Origin: Phormidesmis sp.
Lineage (GTDB): Bacteria; Cyanobacteriota; Cyanobacteriia; Leptolyngbyales; Leptolyngbyaceae
Reading direction: 5' to 3'
Assembly: GCA_965248535.1 (NCBI GenBank)
Contig: CBDFJR010000005.1
Span: 192,001 to 256,000 of the forward strand
DNA length: 64,000 bases
Part shown: piece by piece, positions 58,915 through 64,000 of the stretch
Position numbering within the stretch: position 1 is the stretch's first letter
How the letters are laid out: the number at the start of each line of letters is the position of its first letter
The notes under the pieces: model-generated
Database searches by the model: none
Seen by the model: the letters and a program-made list of their open reading frames with translations, nothing else
Told to the model about the DNA's origin: nothing
Program-made: the position numbers and the translations under genes

Positions 58915-59739
58915 CTAGGGTTGACCTACGATTTTCAGCAAATAGCCAGAATTTGTCGTCACAATCACGCCGTGATCACTTACGGCAATGCCAGAAGGAA
59001 CGCCAAACCCAGCTTTTAGTAGGTCTACGATCGCCACCCCTTTTCCCTGACGATCGACGGTCACAACCCATCCTAAATTTGTCGTTACCAGCAGGTTATC
59101 GTTCCAAACGGCTACCCCAAACGGCAGCCCAAACCCGGCTCTCTGCACGTCAAAAATGAGAGACTTTTCTCCTTGAGGGGTTACCCGCAGCAGTTGTCCT
59201 TTAGAGTGGGCCACTACAAAATCTTTACCCATTGTCACCACCCCAAATGGGTTTCCATCAATTAATTCTGCGATTTTGGTGATCACTCCCGTCGCGCTGA
59301 CCCGCAGCAGCAGCCCGGTTGCCTCAACCACATCAGTCGAGAGCGTCACAATATAGTCACCGTTGCTCACGGTGACTCCAAAGGGGGCACCCGCGTCGCC
59401 GCTTAACTCAGAGAGATCGGCGATCGGGGTCACTTTTCCCGCAGGGCTGACGCGCACGAGGTGATGATTAGGAAAATAGTCAGAGGTGGTCACTACCCAG
59501 TCAGCATGGTCAGCCGCGATCGCAAAAGGGATGCCTAACTGCAATGTCTGCAAATTGACTAAAGGCACGATCTCGCCCATCGGACTGATTTGCAGCACCT
59601 CTCCATCAAGCGTTGGCACCCCAAACCCGATCGGACTGACCGCAACGCCTTGCAGAGTGTAAAGATTTAAACCTTGAGCGATCGTTAAAATCGCTAAATT
59701 TCTGCCAGGGGGGATCACACTGGATTTGGGTTCTCTCAT
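58915..59739 (-). CDS. Hypothetical beta-propeller-like repeat protein
   Basis: About six repeats of G.PFG(I/V)(A/T)V...VVT...LLRV(S/T)P.G. Confidence 0.7.
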   Translation of the reverse strand: MREPKSSVIPPGRNLAILTIAQGLNLYTLQGVAVSPIGFGVPTLDGEVLQISPMGEIVPLVNLQTLQLGIPFAIAADHADWVVTTSDYFPNHHLVRVSPAGKVTPIADLSELSGDAGAPFGVTVSNGDYIVTLSTDVVEATGLLLRVSATGVITKIAELIDGNPFGVVTMGKDFVVAHSKGQLLRVTPQGEKSLIFDVQRAGFGLPFGVAVWNDNLLVTTNLGWVVTVDRQGKGVAIVDLLKAGFGVPSGIAVSDHGVIVTTNSGYLLKIVGQP

Positions 59740-60047
59740 CTATTTTTTTGGAGACTCTGGTTTTTAAGGAGCTTTTGTTGAATAAAATCAGTAAACCTCC
59801 TGCACTTATTTAAGCCAGCAGCGCCTTAAATCGCGATTTTTTACGAGAGTTGCGGAACGTTAAGTAAACAAAAACACCTCGTTATCACGTCTCTTAAATA
59901 AAAGGTTTATAAAGCTTGAAGCCCAATGACTGCCACAATAAGACTCGGATTGTCAATCGACTTGTCTGAGGCAGCTAGTGCTCACCTCTGCCCTTCTCTC
60001 TCACCTGGTCTAAAGTTAATCCACCCCTTACACACGTTTTTAGTCGG

Positions 60048-60857
60048 ATGAAAGCAACCAACTCAGCCCCCCTTATTCTCAAACTCGTCGGGTCTATCTT
60101 GATCCTGTCGTCTCTGATCGATTTTATTACGCTGCTGATCCCGATTAAGTCGCAAGACAACGCTTGGGTCGCGAGCACCTTCACACAGATGGTCGATCGT
60201 GGCATCATTCCGATGATCGGGTTTGCCTTTCTATTTTTGAGCTATTTTCTCGAATCAGGCACGATCGCGTCCGATCGGGGCAAGCCATTTTTAAGCCTCA
60301 GATTTTGGGTTCTGATTTTATCGAGCGTGCTGGGCTTGGCGTTTTTGTTCATCGCACCTCTTCACATGAACAACACCCGCATTCTCGCCGAGCAGTCTAA
60401 CAAACAGATTGATGACAGAGCCGCTAATCTAACCACTGATCTCAACAATAAAGTTCAGCAGCGTCAAGACCAGTTGACGGCCGCGCTCAAAAATGAAGAG
60501 CAGCGCAAGCTTTTAGACCAGCAGCTAACGCAAATTGGTCAAGCGATCGCCAGCGGCCAACTCAAAGGTGACCAACTCGCGCAGGCTCAACAAGCGCAAA
60601 AAGAGTTGCAGCAGCTAAAGACTGACCCGTCTGCGATCGAGTCTAAGGCCAAAGATTTTCGTAATCAGGGATTAATCAAGATCACTGATGAGCAAAAGCA
60701 ACTCAAAGCCCAAGCCGAAACTGATTTCCGCAAAACCAGCGTCCGCATCGGGTTGAGCAGTCTGCTGTTGGCGCTTGGCTATAGCGTCATTGGCTGGACA
60801 GGTCTGCGAGAACTGGGAGTCTTTAGAGGCTCTCGGCTCAAACCCCCGACTCGCTAG
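60048..60857 (+). CDS. hpsJ: HpsJ-family membrane protein (hormogonium polysaccharide)
   Basis: LKLVG.ILILSSLIDF, QMVDRGIIPMIG, PLHMNN, coiled coil, IGWTGL. Confidence 0.72.
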   Translation: MKATNSAPLILKLVGSILILSSLIDFITLLIPIKSQDNAWVASTFTQMVDRGIIPMIGFAFLFLSYFLESGTIASDRGKPFLSLRFWVLILSSVLGLAFLFIAPLHMNNTRILAEQSNKQIDDRAANLTTDLNNKVQQRQDQLTAALKNEEQRKLLDQQLTQIGQAIASGQLKGDQLAQAQQAQKELQQLKTDPSAIESKAKDFRNQGLIKITDEQKQLKAQAETDFRKTSVRIGLSSLLLALGYSVIGWTGLRELGVFRGSRLKPPTR

Positions 60858-60976
60858 AAGTCAATTGGGTTTAGATTGGGCATGTTTAGAGGGAGCGGTT
60901 GACCGTTGACAGTCATTTGTCGATCGTCAGCCGCTGGTCGTAAGGTGCCGTTTAAACTCTGCTCAGACCCTCTGGT

Positions 60977-61828
60977 ATGTTCTCAATTTATATCCTCACG
61001 CACAACGAAGAACTTGATATTGCCGCTTGCATTGAGTCGGCTTTGCGGTCAGATGATGTGATGGTGGTTGATTCTTTCAGTGACGATCGCACGATCGAAA
61101 TTGCCCATCGTTACCCGGTGCGGGTGGTGCAACACGCCTTTGAAAGCCACGGCAAACAGCGCACTTGGATGCTGCAATCGGTTCCGGCCAAGCACGAATG
61201 GGTCTATATCTTAGAAGCCGATGAGCGCATGACTCCCGCTCTGTTTGAGGAGTGTTTGACCACGATTCAGCAGTCTACTCACGTTGGCTATTATGTCGCC
61301 GAGCGAGTGATGTTTATGGGGCGATGGATTCGTCACAGCACGCAATATCCTCGATATCAGCTTCGGCTGTTTAACAAACACAGCGTCTGGTTTAGCGATT
61401 ATGGTCACACCGAGCGCGAAGTTGTTGCAGGCTCGACCGGATTTTTAACTGAGACTTACCCCCACTACACTTGCAGCAAGGGCATGAGCCGCTGGATCGA
61501 TAAACACAATCACTATTCGACTAATGAAGCGATCGAGACAGTTCATCAGCTTGAGCAGGGCAAGATTCAATGGCGCAGGGTGTGGTTTGGGCGGTCAGAG
61601 GTCGATCGCCGCCGAGCGCTTAAAGATCTTTCTCTGCGGGTGCCGGGTCGTCCGATCGTGCGCTTTTTTTATATGTATTTCCTGCTGGGCGGCATTCTCG
61701 ACGGTCGTGCAGGGTTTACTTGGTGCGTTCTACAGGCGTTTTATGAATATCTGATCTTGCTCAAAGTCTGGGAGATCAGACATGGGCCTGGCTCTGACGC
61801 GGCTCGATCAGCCGGGAATGTCAAATAA
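60977..61828 (+). CDS. Glycosyltransferase family 2
   Basis: SIYILTHNEE, VVDSFSDD, LEADE, GILDGRAG. Confidence 0.9.
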   Translation: MFSIYILTHNEELDIAACIESALRSDDVMVVDSFSDDRTIEIAHRYPVRVVQHAFESHGKQRTWMLQSVPAKHEWVYILEADERMTPALFEECLTTIQQSTHVGYYVAERVMFMGRWIRHSTQYPRYQLRLFNKHSVWFSDYGHTEREVVAGSTGFLTETYPHYTCSKGMSRWIDKHNHYSTNEAIETVHQLEQGKIQWRRVWFGRSEVDRRRALKDLSLRVPGRPIVRFFYMYFLLGGILDGRAGFTWCVLQAFYEYLILLKVWEIRHGPGSDAARSAGNVK

Positions 61829-62121
61829 GATACCGATCGTGTTCGGATATTCTCGATTGGGGATCAATGGTTAAATAAGAAAACCATAACCCACAAATCT
61901 GTATAGATCTTGAAATATTTCTTCACAAGTCTTATAGATTAGGAGAAAGGCATTCAGCAAATCACTCGTGGGGGGAGGGATCGATCCCCTCACGACAGGC
62001 AAAGTTAATGCAACACTTCGCACTCTTTGACGGTTAGGGTTTTGCTTGTCGCCGTTTTAATAACCGAAGTTAAACCTCTAATGTCGTGATAATTGCAGTC
62101 AGTTGAAAGAGAGGGCTACCT

Positions 62122-62841
62122 GTGATCCAACGTCTGAAGCAAGACTTAAAAAACGACCTGATTGCAGGGCTGTTGGTGGTGATTCCATTAGCCACCACGA
62201 TTTGGCTGACGATTACGATCGCAAACTGGGTGATCAATTTTTTGACTCGCATCCCCAAGCAGATCAACCCGTTTAACGATCTCAACCCGTTTTTGGTCAA
62301 TCTGATTAACCTGACGGTCGGCTTAACGGTGCCCCTACTGTGCATCTTGCTGATCGGACTCATGGCCCGCAACATTGCCGGACGCTGGCTTCTAGATTTT
62401 GGCGAACGAATTCTACAAGCGATTCCTCTGGCAGGTGCCATTTACAAAACGCTCAAACAACTGCTAGAAACCCTTTTCAAGGATTCTAACGGGCGGTTTC
62501 GCCGCGTTGTGTTGGTCGAATATCCCCGCACGGGTGTCTGGTCGATCGGGTTTGTCACAGGCGCGATCGGGTCTGAGGTGCAGTCTCATTTCGCCAGCGA
62601 GATGGTGAGCGTTTTCATTCCAACAACCCCCAATCCGACGACAGGCTGGTATGCGATCGTGCCAGAATCAGGGGTGATCACGCTGGCGCTGCCGATCGAA
62701 GATGCCTTCAAGATTATTATTTCGGGTGGCATTGTCAGCCCCGAAGCGCTGGCTCTGGCTCCTTTATCAACCTCTTCTGGCAAGCGAGTTTTAGAGTCTT
62801 TGGTTGAGCCGTCTGCCCGTCAAGCTCTCGCAGAAGACTAG
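62122..62841 (+). CDS. DUF502-family membrane protein
   Basis: LIAGLLVVIPL, IYKTLKQ, VEYPR.G, VFIPTTPNPTTGW, IISGG. Confidence 0.88.
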   Translation: MIQRLKQDLKNDLIAGLLVVIPLATTIWLTITIANWVINFLTRIPKQINPFNDLNPFLVNLINLTVGLTVPLLCILLIGLMARNIAGRWLLDFGERILQAIPLAGAIYKTLKQLLETLFKDSNGRFRRVVLVEYPRTGVWSIGFVTGAIGSEVQSHFASEMVSVFIPTTPNPTTGWYAIVPESGVITLALPIEDAFKIIISGGIVSPEALALAPLSTSSGKRVLESLVEPSARQALAED

Positions 62842-62928
62842 CAGGTTGAAGCAGACTAAAATTCTTCTCCGATCGACGATCTAAACTTGCTAAGATAACC
62901 AGACCGAACCTAGTCAACCAAAGCCGCC

Positions 62929-63567
62929 ATGCAAGCCCGTCGAATTGCCCGTGAACTGGCTCTTTTGAGCATCAGCCAGCTACCTGCCAAGCAGGAGCGA
63001 TTGACTACTCAAAAACTTCAAGACATTGTTGTGGCGGCGATTCGCACTCTGGCAACCGATGCCCGCGACACCTTAGAAACCGCCGTCGCCGAACTGCAAC
63101 GCGGCAACAGCCGCCTCCTCAGCAGCGAAACTCGCGCCAGCGATGTAGAGTCCGCTAGAAGCATGGTGCAGGAAGCGATCGACCTAACCGAAACGGCCAT
63201 CAATCGCGTCGGCAGAACCTTCGAGATTCCTGAACTGCTTCAGTTGGCTAATCAACCAGAGGTGCGCTCCTACTCCTTAGAAATCCTGACTCGGTTTCAC
63301 GAAGAGCGGCAAGAAGTCGATCAAGTTTTGACCAATGCCCTAGTAGGCTGGCAGCTAGACCGTTTGGCGCGGGTCGATCGCGACATTCTCCGCATTGCAG
63401 TTACCGAAATGATGTATCTGGGTCTACGTCTGGAATATGCAATTAACGAAGCTGTAGAACTCGCCAAACGCTATAGCGACGAAGACGGCTATAAGTTCAT
63501 CAATGGCGTTTTGCGGCGAGTCACCGAGCAACTAAAAGCCAGTGCTAAAGCCTCTTTAGGATCGTGA
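62929..63567 (+). CDS. nusB: Transcription antitermination factor NusB
   Basis: RRIARELAL, GWQLDRL..VDRDILR, AINEAVELAKRY, FINGVL. Confidence 0.95.
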   Translation: MQARRIARELALLSISQLPAKQERLTTQKLQDIVVAAIRTLATDARDTLETAVAELQRGNSRLLSSETRASDVESARSMVQEAIDLTETAINRVGRTFEIPELLQLANQPEVRSYSLEILTRFHEERQEVDQVLTNALVGWQLDRLARVDRDILRIAVTEMMYLGLRLEYAINEAVELAKRYSDEDGYKFINGVLRRVTEQLKASAKASLGS

Positions 63568-63703
63568 GTTAAAGGGCGTGCCAGGCCCGTATCCAAGTTT
63601 AGGTCTGTCTTTAATTCTTGATCCTGGCAACTCATAATCCTTCAGTTGGGAGGAGAAACTTCAATTACATTGATAATATTGAGAGCAGATTCAGGTAAGA
63701 GCA

Positions 63704-64000
63704 ATGACGTTCAACTGGTTCAATCGTAAATTCGATCAAAAGGCTGAGGAGGCAAAAGCAGAGGAGCCTGCTCAACCCGAACCTGAACCAACCCCCGCGA
63801 TCGCATCTGAGCCGCCAGCCGTTGATGAAAGTTCTTTAAGCTTTGCTAAGGCGGCTTACGAAAATATCAAAAAGCGTCAGCAGGCAGGAGCATCTACAGA
63901 GGCTCTTACAACGGTTGAGCCTGAAGAGGTTGTAGAAACTCTAGTTGCCGAGCCGCCAACCGTTTTGCTGAATGCTGCGATCGCAGAGCCTGAATCTGTC
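63704..64000 (+). CDS. ftsY: Signal recognition particle receptor FtsY, N-terminal acidic domain, 3'-truncated
   Basis: MTFNWFNRK...FAKAAYENIKKRQ with an acidic, Pro-rich tract directly after nusB; frame open to the window end. Confidence 0.78.
   Translation, partial: MTFNWFNRKFDQKAEEAKAEEPAQPEPEPTPAIASEPPAVDESSLSFAKAAYENIKKRQQAGASTEALTTVEPEEVVETLVAEPPTVLLNAAIAEPESV

Larger units (their letters stand above)
1..64000. repeat. HIP1 (GCGATCGC) highly iterated palindrome dispersed through the window
   Basis: GCGATCGC/CGATCG recurs in most genes and intergenic regions, which is a hallmark of many cyanobacterial genomes; not counted exactly. Confidence 0.95.

Noticed and set aside
61966..61995. 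GC-rich hairpin between the GT2 gene and DUF502
   Set aside because: A single stem without a U-tail or other support; it cannot be assigned as a terminator or sRNA.

Overview
This 64-kb window is chromosomal DNA from a cyanobacterium. The evidence is dense HIP1 GCGATCGC sites plus petG, cytM and hetF/hepA/hepC/hpsJ-type genes; a filamentous, probably non-heterocystous lineage is my inference. Most of it is core genome: hisG, lpdA, trpC, dnaB, rplI, murA, apt, comF, nusB, the start of ftsY, two tRNA-Leu genes and peptide ABC transporter genes. It also holds a ~13-kb hepA/hepC/wzc-type exopolysaccharide cluster, a SinI/AvaII-family type II restriction-modification pair, a decayed tnpB-only IS200/IS605 element, a MITE-like composite and REP/SDR-type repeats. 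No CRISPR array, prophage or rRNA is visible. The most interesting signals are at fine scale. (1) An M48 peptidase gene has its last codons and stop inside tRNA-Leu(CAA), with the tRNA promoter embedded in the CDS. (2) murA probably starts at an AUU codon. (3) A 16-bp palindrome lies 21-22 nt upstream of TANNNT at three promoters in and next to the EPS cluster. (4) There is a densely structured ~150-nt leader RNA candidate at 29989-30135. (5) A P-loop DnaB intein is partway through losing its homing endonuclease. (6) The TnpB guide position resembles the element's own promoter. (7) Two proteins look like pseudo-enzyme signalling proteins. Single-base frameshifts in trpC and an ABC transporter may be sequencing errors. 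All protein family calls come from motif recognition by eye, not from database searches.
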